Shown here in pieces: positions 1 to 12,840 of a stretch of DNA of 64,000 nucleotides. Source of the DNA: Chlorokybus atmophyticus (lineage: Eukaryota; Plantae; Mesostigma and Chlorokybus algae). The DNA lies in the NCBI GenBank assembly GCA_009103225.1, contig RHPI01002990.1:762767-826766 (forward strand), read 5' to 3'. Positions within the stretch are counted from its first letter, which is position 1. Every line of letters begins with the position of its first letter. The translations under genes were made by a program, and so were the position numbers. The notes beneath the pieces are model-generated. The model saw nothing but the letters and a program-made list of their open reading frames with translations, did not search any database and was not told the DNA's origin.

Positions 1-2663
1 GTACTCAGAAAGACTGTACTTCAAGGCCTCCGCACCAGTGGGAAGATCTGCGGAGCTGCGAGTCCATGCATATTCAGAAGAGTGACAACGTGCACCCAAG
101 GAGGGGAACGACACAATTAGGTCAGCAGACTTGAGCGTGTCATACTTGGAGTCGATGGATCGAAACAAGTGCGCACGCCAGTTCTCGGGGTCATCATCAC
201 TTGTGGCAAACGTGTCAGGGTCTCCAAAGTTGTCGTTTTGCTGCCCCGTGATGAGGTCAGGCACTTGCTCAGGAGGCAAGAACTTGTCTCTGATATCCTC
301 AGGAGCTTGCCTCATCCACCTCTGCGGTGTGGAAGGAGAGGTCATGTCACGCATGCAAGAGCGGGCAAAGCACCTCAATGGACCGCTGTCTAGAAATCTC
401 ACCTGCTCAAAATTCTTCAAGACATCAAAAGCAACAGGACCCTCCAGCTTGGAGTGGATGTCGTGCCACGGCTCACGTGGTGCTCCACTATCAACCGTGG
501 CGCCGGTGATGCAAGGCTGATAGTAGGGCAAACGTACAAGGTCTGAGCCTTTCCCAACAAGCATAGAGTTCAACAGCACTTTACCATGAGGTCTACCTGA
601 TGGAAGTCGTCACTGTATACCCAGTTTGACGCGCTAAACTCGAACAACGGGTGCGAGCTCGAGTCGTATCTGCCGTCGCACAGATCGAGGCCACCTGTAA
701 CAGCATCATGAACCACTCATGATGCTGCTGCCACAGATGGACAAGCATAACTTGGCATGACTCTCACCAACAAAAGCTACCAAGCGCTTCCTCCCGTCCT
801 CGGCTGGGTTGTCTGCCATGATAGTTTTTTGATGCTGCAGTAGGGGAGAAAATTTCAGTGTGCAAGCCGGTAGTTGTGCACAGCATACATAGCAGTTAAA
901 AAGGACATAAGGCAGTCAAGGTAAGCATACATGTGAAAACAGGAAGCCTGTTGTTTCCGCCTGAGCAAAGTTGTCATCCGGCCCGAGGCGAGAGACCAGA
1001 ACGCACTGCAAACGCACACAGTCACACAGGCTCACATGCTGGGCACGTGTCGCATAGCGTCGACATGTACACTGAAACTGCGACACTCGCCAGTTGGTGC
1101 TGAGTGAAACAGCTGCACTCACCTCAACGCTGGAATCCTCAAAATACTTATCCGTTTGTTGGTCGTGCGTGGCCATCAGACCACCAGAATGCACAATGGG
1201 GTTTGACGTTTTGTCATCCCAAACCTGAGCCACACTGCGTGATGAGCAAAGTGTACCCCACGACAGCTGTTGCAGGTGTTGCATGTATGCTTTTTGCTCA
1301 CAAGCTTGCAGCAGCAGCATCGTTGTTCACATGACGTCTTGGAACAACATATGGTGAACACAATCAGCAGTACCTGCAAAAGCACTCGGCAGCCTTGTTC
1401 ATCAGCCTTTTGCTTAAGGAGCTCCCCAAGAGTCAGTCCTTGATCGCCATCTACGGGTCTCTCGGGATCTCGGATGAGGTGGATCTCAGTGTAGACACTC
1501 CAGCCCGTAATATAGATGAAATGCCTGCCAGATTCAGTCTAAGGATAGTCTCGCAGAACAGCACAACATTGGGTATAGCGCTGGTAACAGTTCAACACTT
1601 CACACAAACACAGAACTAGCTTACTGTGCATCGCGTATGACTTTGAAAACATCTTCCCACGCACGACCTATTTCATACACGCCGCCATTGTCGAGTTGAA
1701 TCTCTGGTGCTTCATTATTGCGTACGTGAGCGTCCTTGTAAAGATGTATGCGGCAGCCCTTGCGTATATGAAAATAGGTGTGTGGAACCATAGGAGCGGC
1801 CTTCGCAATCTCTTCAGCTGATTCAAAGGCCCACATGTGCACCCGCACCTGTGTCACAATCAATCGTTGTCGTGCTTCTTCCTCGATTCAGCATTGATGT
1901 GACAATTCAATCTACCTCGCGTTCATCAATCTGATTGCCATTGTCATCGGTTAATGGAAACCACTGGTCGAAGTCTTCTCCTCTCATGACCAAGTTTGCT
2001 GGAATGCGTGCAACTCCAAGCAAGTCGTGGCCGAAGTAGTCTCCATCTTTGATATTGACATCAACAGATTCCACCTATAACGCACAAGCAAGATGGTGAA
2101 TAAGACACGCCACTGACTGTGCAAATGCAGTCGCATTCTCGAAACAAAACACAGTGACAATGTCACAGTACAGCAACCAAACAAGCAATTAAGCAAGCAA
2201 GCAGACTAGTGCTTGCCTGGTCAGCAACATTGATGGCAAAGCGCTCGTTGAAGCCTGGGTTGGCATTGTCGTCGCGAACTTCGGTCTCTGCAACCTGAAC
2301 ATTCACGCAGCCCCATGCATGTCACAATCTGACAGTGCTGCTATCCACAGGCAAGATGACTGCTGCCGCCATCAGTAGCCACGTAAATTGGGTTCAACTG
2401 ACGCTACCTTTACTGGGCCAATGTACACGGTTGCAAAGGCGTCTGGATCTTTGTCAACGACTTCAGTAACCTGCAAGACACCAGCACATGACATCAAGGC
2501 CTTGCCGGCATGCACCAGACACAATGCGAGCACGGACCTGCCGGATGAAGCCGGAGAAGAACCCGCCGCCGCCGCCACCGTCACCCTGCCCGCCTCGCTG
2601 GCTCTTGCCCAGGTTGCGCGCCTCGACGACCTCAAGGTCAAGCCGGCCGTGCAGCAGCACCAT
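1..2663 (-). CDS. PLD: Phospholipase D, plant C2-PLD type (PLD-alpha-like); N-terminal half only, continues beyond the left edge
   Basis: Manually spliced exons give [18 protein letters not shown] (C2 start), [57 protein letters not shown], first HKD motif [49 protein letters not shown] and LFRSIDS. These are colinear with plant PLD-alpha, with in-frame splice junctions (at least 12 exons in the window). Confidence 0.97.
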
Positions 2664-3061
2664 TGTTGATGTTGATGTTGACGGCAGCTACTGCATTGCA
2701 AGCAAGCCATTGTCAAACATTGCGTACTTGCTGCCAAGCATATAACACAAGGCCAACATCAGGACTGAACACGCAAGCTTGGCGACCAACCCCACCAACA
2801 CATTGCATGCCAAGCACATTGCATGCGTGAGCCGTTGCTGCATGCTGTCAATCCAACACACAGGTTGGGAGGTCACGTCACCACTCACATAGATCAGTGT
2901 GCTGCACCTCTGCTAGCTTACACACTCGCGGAGCTTTGCGCTGACCCAATCACTCACACACTGCCAGAAACCCTGGCCAGAATCCCTTGACGCTGTTGGG
3001 CAACAACACGCAGCGCACACAGCAAACACCGCAATTCAGCTTAGCTGCATGGCTCTCCAAC

Positions 3062-3090
3062 AAACTCACTCACTCACTCACTCACTCACT
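3062..3090. repeat. (ACTC)n tetranucleotide microsatellite
   Basis: About 7 tandem ACTC units read directly. Confidence 0.9.
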
Positions 3091-4058
3091 TCCTGTGGGC
3101 AGCGCACTGTTTGTCGTGTTGCGGAAGTAAGCCGGTCAGCTCACATATCGTCGATACTTGCTCATTGGATTCTCTTCTTTTACTTTTTGGAGTGGCGAAC
3201 GATTGTGGTAGAGAGCCGGACAGTCTGCTGCGCTGACAGGCCGTGGCGACGGCGCCGGTCGCGGTAGAATCTCGCTGACATGGCGTTGCTGACGAGGGCG
3301 CTTGTAACGTGCCGCAATCGGACGGCTGCGCTTTGCTCAGGCGTTTGTTGGTGTGCATCTGATCTCCCTAGCCACTCGCTGGAGTGCAGAGAGTGTAGCC
3401 TCAGTAATGCATAGGAAATGAATCATATTGCACATATGCAGTCTGTGCAGACACACGCACAACAACAGTAATACTCAAGCTAACAAGCAAGGCATCACAG
3501 TTACATTACACCCAGGGCCATCACACTGCCCTATAGTAAGTGACCTATGTGCAATGCAATGCTGTTAGTGAAGCAGGCAGTGGCAGCAGCAGCAAACACC
3601 AACCAACCAACCTGAGTGCACAAGTGTGGCAACAGTTAGCCAGATAGTAGACACAGTAGAGGCTTACTGGAGACGAACAGCAAGCACGTGTGTTGTGGCA
3701 TGTGTGGTGCTGTGCTGTGCTCTACGCCTGCCCCCTTCCCCGCCACTCTCTCGCTTTGCATGCATGCAGTATTGCATGACACAACAACTTGCACTTTTGT
3801 GCATTGAAAGCTGCGCATCAGCCTAAGTGCATCCATACATACTGTCAACAGCAATGCAGAGACACCTTTCGAGCAAGCAACCCGGACACAGCACAGAGCC
3901 ATGGCATAAGCTGGCAAGTACAGGATAGCATAGGAGAGAGGGGCCGGGAATGCAAGCAAACACAGCCCGGCGCTGCAGTCAATCGCAGACAGCATAAAAG
4001 TATGCATCAAGTAAGTTGCAAGGTCCCTAACATCCTATGTTTAGCAGCTTGCACAAGC

Positions 4059-6440
4059 CTAGACTGGCTGCGCAGCAAGGCATTCCTTGACGGTTGCTAG
4101 CAATCTGTCCTTGAGTGCAGGGTTTGTGGCAAGAATGCCAGTGTCCAAGTTCTCCAAGAAGCGTCCCTTGGAGAAATCCAGCGGCTTGCCAGCCACGTCC
4201 ATCACGCAACCGCCTGCCTCTGCTCAGATGGGCATTCCTTGTCAAAACAAGCAAGCAAGTACAGTGCCACGTAGCCCATAACTTGCATGGACTGTACCTT
4301 CAATGACAATGGAGCCCGCGGCATGGTCCCAAATCTTCTCAACATAGCCCTTCTTGGGGAGGCGCATGTAGATCGTGGCGTCTCCTCTAGCCATTGCGCC
4401 GTACTTTGCTTGGCTATCAACCCGGTACGGAGCAGCTGTTACACCCAATTTCTGCGCACACACACGAGTTGAGCAAACAGGAAACCATACGCGCGTGTCG
4501 TATGCACATCAGATGCTGTGAACAACTCGTTGGCAACATCAACCTACCCTGGCAATGTTGGAGGACAGACTGTGGTCTGAATGCCGTGCCTCAAACGACT
4601 CGCAGAACTTGGCATCCTTCGGGTCTGTAGCATTGGATACTTGAACCTGCCAGTAAGCACTGACACTTCAACAAATGGAAGAGTTCACCAAACAAACTAG
4701 TAAAACAAAAATGCGTCCTGACACGCAGCAACAAGCTGTAAGCAATCCTCAGAAGCCCACCTTTCTCGCCTGGCCTCCATCCAAAGGCTCCAATATCGTG
4801 CCGCAACCTTTGGAGGCAGCAAATATACAGCCCACAGGTCCATCCTCTGTGTCCAGGGACTCCACAGGCAGGTTGGGACAACCCAACACACCCAGAACAA
4901 CTTTACCATCTTCAATCATGCCAAGTGCAACTGCATACTGGTCTCCTCGCACAAACCTGCAATAAAACGTCTGTGGGTCACAAAACTTCATCGACGAGTA
5001 CGTCGACTACCACAACTGAGGCAAAAGTTTTGAGCACATACCCTCGAGTGCCATCAATGGGATCAAGAACCCAATGCCTGCCTTCGGCACCACCATTGGA
5101 ACGGCCGCGGTCAATGGCTTCCACAATCTGATGATTGCAAGGTAAGCAGAAACAATAGACCGTGTCTGCGGTGCTTTGCGCTACCTCAAGCATGTAGTAA
5201 CCTGTTCTGCTGTCAATTCAATGGCGCTGCCATCCGGACCTGCTGTGGTCAATGCTTCATTGACACTGGCTACAATGCGTGCAGTCATTACATCGCCGCC
5301 CTTGCCTTCGAGGTCTTTGGAATCCTACGGCCCAGTTTCATATTTATATAAAGTGCATCGCAACAGCAAGTCAGGTTGTAACAACTGTGCACTACCTCTT
5401 CAGCAACAAGTGAGATGGGAGCATCCGGATATGCCTGTTGCAAGGCCCAACTGACAATTGCCTGAGCACCTGCCAATCACAATACTTGAATAAGCGCACA
5501 TACTGGAGACGTCCTTTTGTATTACTGTAACATTTTGTGCAACTGCCGTACCAAAGTCTGCAATGGTGACGGGGGAGTCGTCCTCCTTGTCCAGCTTTTC
5601 GTTTGTCTTCAACCGGCGCTGGACCAACTGCAATGCACAGATTGGAATCGTCACTACCCTAATCTCGTGCTCATGGACATGCCACATCAGTCCATCATCC
5701 TCGTTGCAGAAACTGGACATGGACAAAACATTGACACCAACAGCCTGCATCGCTATGTCTCTTGTCATGCTTCTTCTCACATCAACTTGCATTGCTTTCA
5801 AGTACGATTGCAATAGCTATCACATTTCATATGCACGTGCTCATCTTTGCCAACACTACTGCATGCAAATAAAAGTACATTCGTTCTTGCTGTGCGGCAT
5901 CCCGTTAGCACTACTAGATACTCGCATGCAGTGCTAGGACTGCTTGTGGAAACAACGCATTCTGACATCCCACAAGGCATGATTTGCTACTGGTATCTCA
6001 TAGGTAGTAATGCCGCATTTGGCACTGCTACCTATGTTTGACCAGCGCATTCTGTCAAGCATGCAGTGTCTATCATTGATGCTGCTCAGAACAATATATT
6101 GGTCGTGCTCATGCGGCTACACCTCCAAGTGTGACAGGGACTGTGCCGAGCTGACACAATCGCAATGCACCGTTCGTGAGGTCAAGTATCACATCCACAT
6201 CAACGACGACAGCAACAGGCTCACCCTGCAGAGGCCGGAAGCCAGCCGCACCGCCCGCTTAGCGACCTCAAGCTCCTTCTCGTACGCCATGGAGGCTGCG
6301 ACGGGGCTGCGGGGGCGGAAGCAGCGCTGCTGCGGCACACTACGCAGAGGTGGCAGGACACGCTCTTTACCAAGCAAACCAGTACGCCTGATCTGGAATG
6401 CCGCCACCGCCGCCGCCGCAGGCAACCGCACACACAGCAT
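4059..6440 (-). CDS. SAL1: 3'(2'),5'-bisphosphate nucleotidase SAL1/FRY1 (HAL2 family) with an N-terminal transit-peptide-like extension
   Basis: Spliced exons: MAYEKELEVAKRAVRLAS, DDSPVTIADFGAQAIVS, ISLVAEEDS, HWVLDPIDGTRGFVRGDQYAVALGMI, VLGVLGCPNLP, RVDSQAKYGAMARGD, EKIWDHAAGSIVIEEAGGCVMDVAGKPLDFSKG; stop TAG at 4059-4061. Confidence 0.97.
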
Positions 6441-6801
6441 AGCTTACGGCAATGCGCGTGCGTGCGTGAAGGGCAGGCATGCCTCTGAGCTGGCTTCCCC
6501 TCCGTGCTGATCCCAATGCCCTTCCGTGCGATTCACAGCTCCCTCGCAGCGCGCGAGCCTGTCCTGCACCCCGGCACGAGGATGTGAACTATTAAGTTCA
6601 CTGCAGTCAACTGCGATTCACTGTTGTTCAGTTCGCTGATCTATGCAAGCAGACACTGCTAGTGATTCACACTACCAGTGGTAGTTGTCAAGCGAGTTTA
6701 GCTCACTTGTTCACCGCGAGCCGCAGAGTGATTGAAACAAATTTCAGTTCACTACACTCTGACCAAAGTGAACTATGTTCGCCGGCAACACGTACGATTG
6801 T

Positions 6802-6809
6802 TTTCCCGC
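6802..6809 (+). promoter_or_regulatory. E2F consensus site TTTCCCGC just upstream of the RecX start
   Basis: TTTTCCCGCC at 6801-6810 matches the canonical E2F motif and lies about 60 nt before ATG 6868. Confidence 0.5.
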
Positions 6810-6867
6810 CAACTTTGCAGCGGCGGTGGTTCTTTCGTCCTGCGTGGTGGCGGACGTGGTGGTAGGG

Positions 6868-8167
6868 ATGGCCAGCTGCCACAGCTGCTGCGTGCGGCTG
6901 GGGTTGCTGAGGCTGCAGCGTCACGGTGGGTCGGTGGGCGGCCAAGTATCTGCTGTGTATGGCTTTCCTCTGCGACATTCCCGGCCTGGTGAAGGCCCCG
7001 TCTCTCATGCGTGGTGCTTGCGATCAGCCAGGCTGCAGACGCGTGCTTGGTCCGGGCAAGAAGGGTTTGCAAGCACCAGCGGGCGGGATGAGAGTGGGGC
7101 AGCGAGGGAGCAGCTCACTGACGCGCAGCAAGCCAAAGCGGCCAAGTTTCAGGCGTTGCAGAGTCAAGTTGATGCTATTTCAGCTGCTGACAGGGCTCAG
7201 CGTGAGTGGGAACAGCAGGACAACACTCCTGAGCAACAGCGCGCGAAGAAGGATGCTCTGGCTATGCTCAACAGACGGTATGCAGCTGATTGCGCACGCA
7301 CATTTACATGCAACTGCCTTACCTCAGAAAGGTAAGGCAGTTGCATGTAAATGTGCGTGCATGTCCGCATGTGAGAGCTGCTTGCATTGCATGCAGTACC
7401 TAGTAGCATCCGCACCTCTAAAGTTTGCGGTTCCGTTACTTACTGCGGAGCCTGCACTTTGTAGCAATGACATGCCTCTTTGTGCACAGGGCATTGTCAA
7501 AGGCTGAACTAGAGAACAAATTGAGGTCAAAGGGACATGAAGCTTCTGCCACATCAGCAGCAGTGGCCATGATGCAGACGCAGTAAGTTGCACTCAAATG
7601 TTGTTCTGCTCGCATGACAGTGTTGTACTGTGCACTCTGCTTTTCGACCAACTATTGGCATAGCTGTGTTGCCGTTACAACTTCAATTCTTGCTTGTGTA
7701 CGTGCAGTGGTTTCCTGAATGATACGGCCTATGCCTCATCTTTCGTGAGGCAGAAATGGAGAAGCACAAAATGGAGTGCGTATCGGCTGCGCCAAGTAAG
7801 CCTCTCACTGTGTGCATGCAGTGTACACAGAGAATGACATGGTTCTTGCCAACAGGGGTTGAAAGCAAAAGGCATTGCTGGGAAGGATGCCGATGATGCG
7901 CTTACAGAATTGTTTGGAGAAAATCAAGGCCGAGTCATGTCGCTGCGACAAAGCCCTGACTTGGAAGAGCAGCAAGCGCAGCCATTCCCACCTTTGGTAT
8001 GCAGTACGCGACCGGAAGAGCAGTTGCTGGAGGCAGCACTCAAGCAGTGGACCAAGAGTGCCGGAAAGGATGTTGAGAAGCGCAAGCAGCGCCTCATTGG
8101 CTGGCTGCAGCGGCGCGGACACTCTTGGGCTATCATTAGCCAGATTCTGCAGCAGGTACCCAAGTAA
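6868..8167 (+). CDS. RECX: RecX family regulatory protein, probably organelle-targeted (4 exons); alternative in-frame ATG at 6775
   Basis: Spliced: ALAMLNRR/ALSKAELENKLRSKG, HGFLNDTAYASSFVRQKWRSTKWSAYRLRQ/GLKAKGI, RKQRLIGWLQRRGHSWAII. These are the three RecX helical-repeat motifs; the Arg/Ser-rich N-terminus resembles a transit peptide. Confidence 0.9.
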
Positions 8168-9999
8168 CAACATGCGTAGATGTTGTGTTACTGTTAGCCT
8201 GGATGCCATAGAGTCCTCACTTTGCATAATTCAGTGTAAGACTGCATGCCATTTGTATGTCTCCTGCCCATTCTGCACCTTAAAGGTACAATTGTCGAAG
8301 ACTAGTTGACGTCATGACCGACATATCTATTTGTGAAGTTACGATATCATTATAGGTGGACGGGCAAGCATTTTCTTTTTAATGTATTGCGCACGACCGA
8401 CATACCAAATTGCTTATTATGTAGTAAGTTGCGTGTAGGGCGCTACATTGTATGATTCCATTTGTTGCGAATGCACCGTTTGATATAGCGCCATGCATAC
8501 ATGGTATTACTCAATGCATGTACTTAAAAGCAAGTGGCATAATGAATCATGTAGCAATCCCACTTGTTTTCAAGTACATTCAGTGAGTAATACAATGACT
8601 GCTTCACGGTTCATGATGCCAATTTGAAAGGCAAAGTATTGTGGATTTGCTTCTTTAATCATGCCACACCTAATTGCCAATTACAAATGCTTACGCTTAA
8701 ATGCATCATGTACAAAGGATTGCAATGCATATGGTGTTGCGTAAGCACGGGTTGTTGCATTTGCATATGATCTTTTTGCATGTAACCACCTCGAACTTTT
8801 CCTCGGTGTGGTTATTATTAATCTTGTGCTCATGTCATGCGAGGACACAATACCATTATACAAGTAAGCATGTAGTGATATGATCAAACGCGGATTGTAA
8901 TTGATTGGTGCATACATTGTTATTAATGATATTTGATTGAGGCATGATGAGTACGAATACATAATCAACTGTCTATAGAGCCCCCCGTGATGGTGTTGAA
9001 GTTGAAGCCGATAATTGTGCTTGTTCCTTATGCAAACTGTGCGTTTTACCGCCTTGTATTGTCTTCGTCTAAATAACGGACATGGACACCAGCGCTCACA
9101 TCACTATTGTGACCAACAGCCTGCATTCAAACAACACAACTTGTAGGCCCCTAACACAACTTGAAGGGCTGGTGATGACGAATAAGACTCATTAATGATG
9201 ACGCGCGATTCATTGGCCCCCCTCGCGTGACCACAAAAGGACGGAAAGAATCCGCCTGCTCCTGGGCCACGGCAGCAAGCAAGCACCTGCTCACACACAC
9301 AACCAAACGCCCGAGGCAAAGCGAGCAAGCAGCTTCAGCGCAAGCGAGCAAAGCAGGCACAGCAGTGAAACGGGCCAGCAGGGAGCAACCACGCCGTGGA
9401 CGCTAGCTAGTCGGTGTCAGAGTGCGGGGTTGTGAGGGTTGGCGGGGACGACGGCGAGGGCGGCGACGGGGTTCGAGGAAGAGGGTGGGGGGTGAGGTTG
9501 TCGTGGATGTGGCTGCAGGTGTATGAGGCTGGCTTCCGGAGAACAAGGTCGGAGTGGTGGCTGTTGCGAAGTTACACTTGAATGTCTGGAAGTGGACGGC
9601 TGGCCTGGTGCGTGGGTTTGTGCATGATCGTAAGATCAGCCGTTGTTTCTCCTTTTGGAACTCCAGTGGATTGGACGGGTGGGACGCACAGTGGTGATGC
9701 GACAGGGTAGTTGTTGATTGCAGTGTTCATGCCTGGTTGATGCCCCAGTACTGAGATGTATGCCTGCGCCACTCCTGCGTTTTGTATTTGTAGCTTGACG
9801 CACCTCCCGCCAATTCTAAACGACAGAATGTGCGTTTCACCAATGTGAATGTGCCAGTTTGCAATCTGCTTCGCACATGTTGTCAAACAAGTCAAGCGCA
9901 ATCCCTAAGCAAACGTTCGCCTGTTGCTGCTGCAGCTGCTTGCATGCCCGGACGTGTGCGTTGGCCAGCAATCCACACTGAGCGACAAGGTGCATAGCG

Positions 10000-12840
10000 A
10001 TGGTGACCACACGATTGCGTGCCCGCGAGGCGCGCAACATCAATGCAATGCTGCCAGATGCAGTCTTGCTGCAGGTATGCCCTCGTGGTCATACTTAGCA
10101 AACATTGCGTTTTCATTTGCTGCCATTGTGTGTGTTGTGCAAGGCGGATTCTCATCATCTGCTGCCTTTTGCCTTGCAGATATTCGACCAGCTGGGTGCC
10201 ATACAGCGAGCTGCATGTGCGCTCACCTGTAAACGCTGGCTGGAAGTGCTTGTGAGTGCATACTGCATGCAGCGCGTGCATTTTGCATCTGCAATTCAGT
10301 CACTCACATGGATCGGCGGTTCATGTTTCTTGGTCTCATAGATTGCCATTTGGACTCACCATCATGGTCATCTGTTGGCATACTGTTGTTCGCAGAGTGC
10401 GTGCTGTTACAGGCCAGTGCAGTGCTTACAATAACAGCATGGCCCATTCTGAGCATATTATTACAGCCTACACTGTTGCCAGTCGATTTGTATATCATGA
10501 TAGTGGTGGTGACTTGTGGCAGGCGTCTGTTCGTTTTGACCTTAAGATCAAGACGTCCATCACTTCTTTCCAGGTGTGTCGCAGTGGATGTCATGATTAC
10601 TAACATGAAGCAGAATCGACAATGCTTTGTCAGCAAGCCAAGTTGCGTGTTGTTGGGCTGTTGACACTGGTGTTCTCTCGTCTTGACAGATGGCGCGGCT
10701 TGCAACCCGGTTTTCAGCAGTCACAGACATTGATTTGTCGGGGCTGTCTAGCGGTGTTTGGGGCGACCCAAGGTGGTGCAACTGCAATGTGGTCTCCGAC
10801 AGCATAACAGACGCAACGCTCAGTGTAATAGCACACGAGTATGGGCCCACATTGTTGAGGTTGGACTGTTCCGGATGCAAGCGTGTCACTGACAACGGTC
10901 TTGCCTCGATTGCCTCATCCTGCAGGTACAATTTTCGCTGTTGCAATGGCTACATTTGTACATATCAGTAGGCATGGTTTGGTTGTCCAGCTTAGGCATT
11001 GACATACATTTCATTGTCCATCACTGGTTGCAGCTCCTTGAGAACACTGAAGCTTGCAAATTGCACTGGGATCGCCAACAAACGCGGGCTGTGTTCGATA
11101 GCGCTCAGCTGTTTAGAGCTGAGGGTTCTAAATATCAGCTACTGCAAACAGGTACTTTTCAATATGTAAGCCGTGCACACTGGTATTGACGTTGTGTAAG
11201 GTGTTGTTGGTGTTGTGTGACATTGACTGTGCTCAGGTAGACGACCGCATCCTGAGAGCCGTTGCAAAGCTGCCGCGACTCGAGGAACTCGACCTTTCCA
11301 ATTGTTGCAAGGTCACTGAGCACGGGCTGCGCTTGCTTGCAGAAGGTTGCCCCAAGACACAGCTGAAGTCCTTCAGGTTTACGCATAGCCACTGCACAGC
11401 TGATGCTGGGCTTCTGGCCATTGCACAGAACTGCAGGTGCTTGTTGCACAAACATAACTATCCCCATCAGGGCATATGATGTTGTGCGATGCAGTCAGTT
11501 GTGCAATGCGTATTCAGCTTGATGGATGCATTGTGGTCATGCAGTTCATTACAAGCGTTGGTGTTGGACAAATGCCGTGCTGTCACGGACAATGTCCTGA
11601 TGGCTGTGGCTAAGAATTGTCCTGCTCTGCGGCATCTGAGCTTGGCGTGGTGCATTCGGTTCAACACTCTGGACTATCGGCCGTGCACCTTCACCACAAA
11701 AGGCCTGCAGGCCATCGCTGATCACTGCCAACTGCTGGAAGCTCTTGTGCTGGACATGTGTCTGGGTAAGCCATAGAAAAGTCAATGACTAGTCTTGACT
11801 TACTCAGAGTGATTGGAATCAACTGGTGGTGATGATGGTCCTGTGCCATCTAATCAGTGTCGTTAGAATTTGCTAGATCACATCGCCTTCGTATGCACAC
11901 GCATATTCATTCAGTTGCGTAAGTCTTGTCTTTGATGACTTGCTGCGTTGTCGAAGACGTACCATACGCTCGAGCAGTTCAGTCCTTGTTACAAGCTGCA
12001 TACATCTGCATACCTGTTGATGATTGATCATCATGACCACAGGTGTGGATGATGCGAGTCTCATCAGGATGGTACAGAATTGCCCAAAACTGCGGCAGTT
12101 GGGCCTAAGGTATCTGCCTGTGACGGACGCATCGCTTGTTGCAATGGGCAAGTATGCGCCCAACTTGGAGTTTCTGGACGTGGCTGGCAATGGAGGGACG
12201 GAAGCAATGGTGGGCAGCATGATGTCAGACCAGCGAGTTGGACGAACAGGACTCGTTGCTCTTGCAAAGGGTTGCCATCGCCTCCAAACGCTCATTCTCG
12301 ATACATGTCCAGGTATATAATGTGAATGACTTCCCTGACCCTGATTTTATCAAACAGAGCCCCTCTACAAACTCGTTTCATCCACGTATCTGCATGTGGT
12401 AATCGACATAGCTGTGGCCATGTTTTGCAGGGGTTGACAACGAGGCACTCGCTGCCATTGCGGAGAACTGCCCTGAACTGCAGCATTTGTCGCTCAACGA
12501 TAGTGGCCGGCGCTTAAATGGCTTGGGCATGCAGGTACGACTTTAGAAAAAGCTTTACTGCAGGTTGCAGCTCGCGCTTCGAATAACACCAAGCAGAGTG
12601 TTTTACCACACGTTTTTGTCATGTGGTCGTGTTGTAGTCATGTCGTCATACTGTTGTTTGTTGTTATCGAAGCAGGCGATATTCAAAGGCTGTAGAAAGC
12701 TCAAACGTCTGGAGGTACGGCGTTGCCGAGAAGTTGTGGCATGGGGTGAAGGTTGCAAGTGGGGTCCTAAGCCCGACGGCTGCGTTGTGGAGTACTTCAG
12801 CGTCGCTTGGTGGCCAGACAGCCGGTACCACTACTACTGA
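10000..12840 (+). CDS. F-box/LRR-repeat protein (FBXL type)
   Basis: F-box INAMLPDAVLLQ/IFDQL..RAACALTCKRWLEVL followed by many AMN1-type LRRs (LLRLDCSGCKRVTDNGL, LEELDLSNCCKVTEHGL, LQALVLDKCRAVTDNVL, LRQLGLRYLPVTDASL). The ATG at 10000 is preceded by an in-frame stop; probable untranslated exons lie upstream (about 9400-9990). Confidence 0.9.

Noticed and set aside
131-520. 129-aa + strand ORF
   Set aside because: Antisense shadow of PLD exons.
6584-6601. GAAC..GTTC as a bacterial SOS (LexA) box beside RecX
   Set aside because: The spacer is 6 nt rather than 4 and the locus is nuclear eukaryotic; kept only as an unexplained palindrome.
9170-9260. Two RTGATGA (C-box-like) motifs
   Set aside because: No CTGA D box or terminal stem at a suitable distance.
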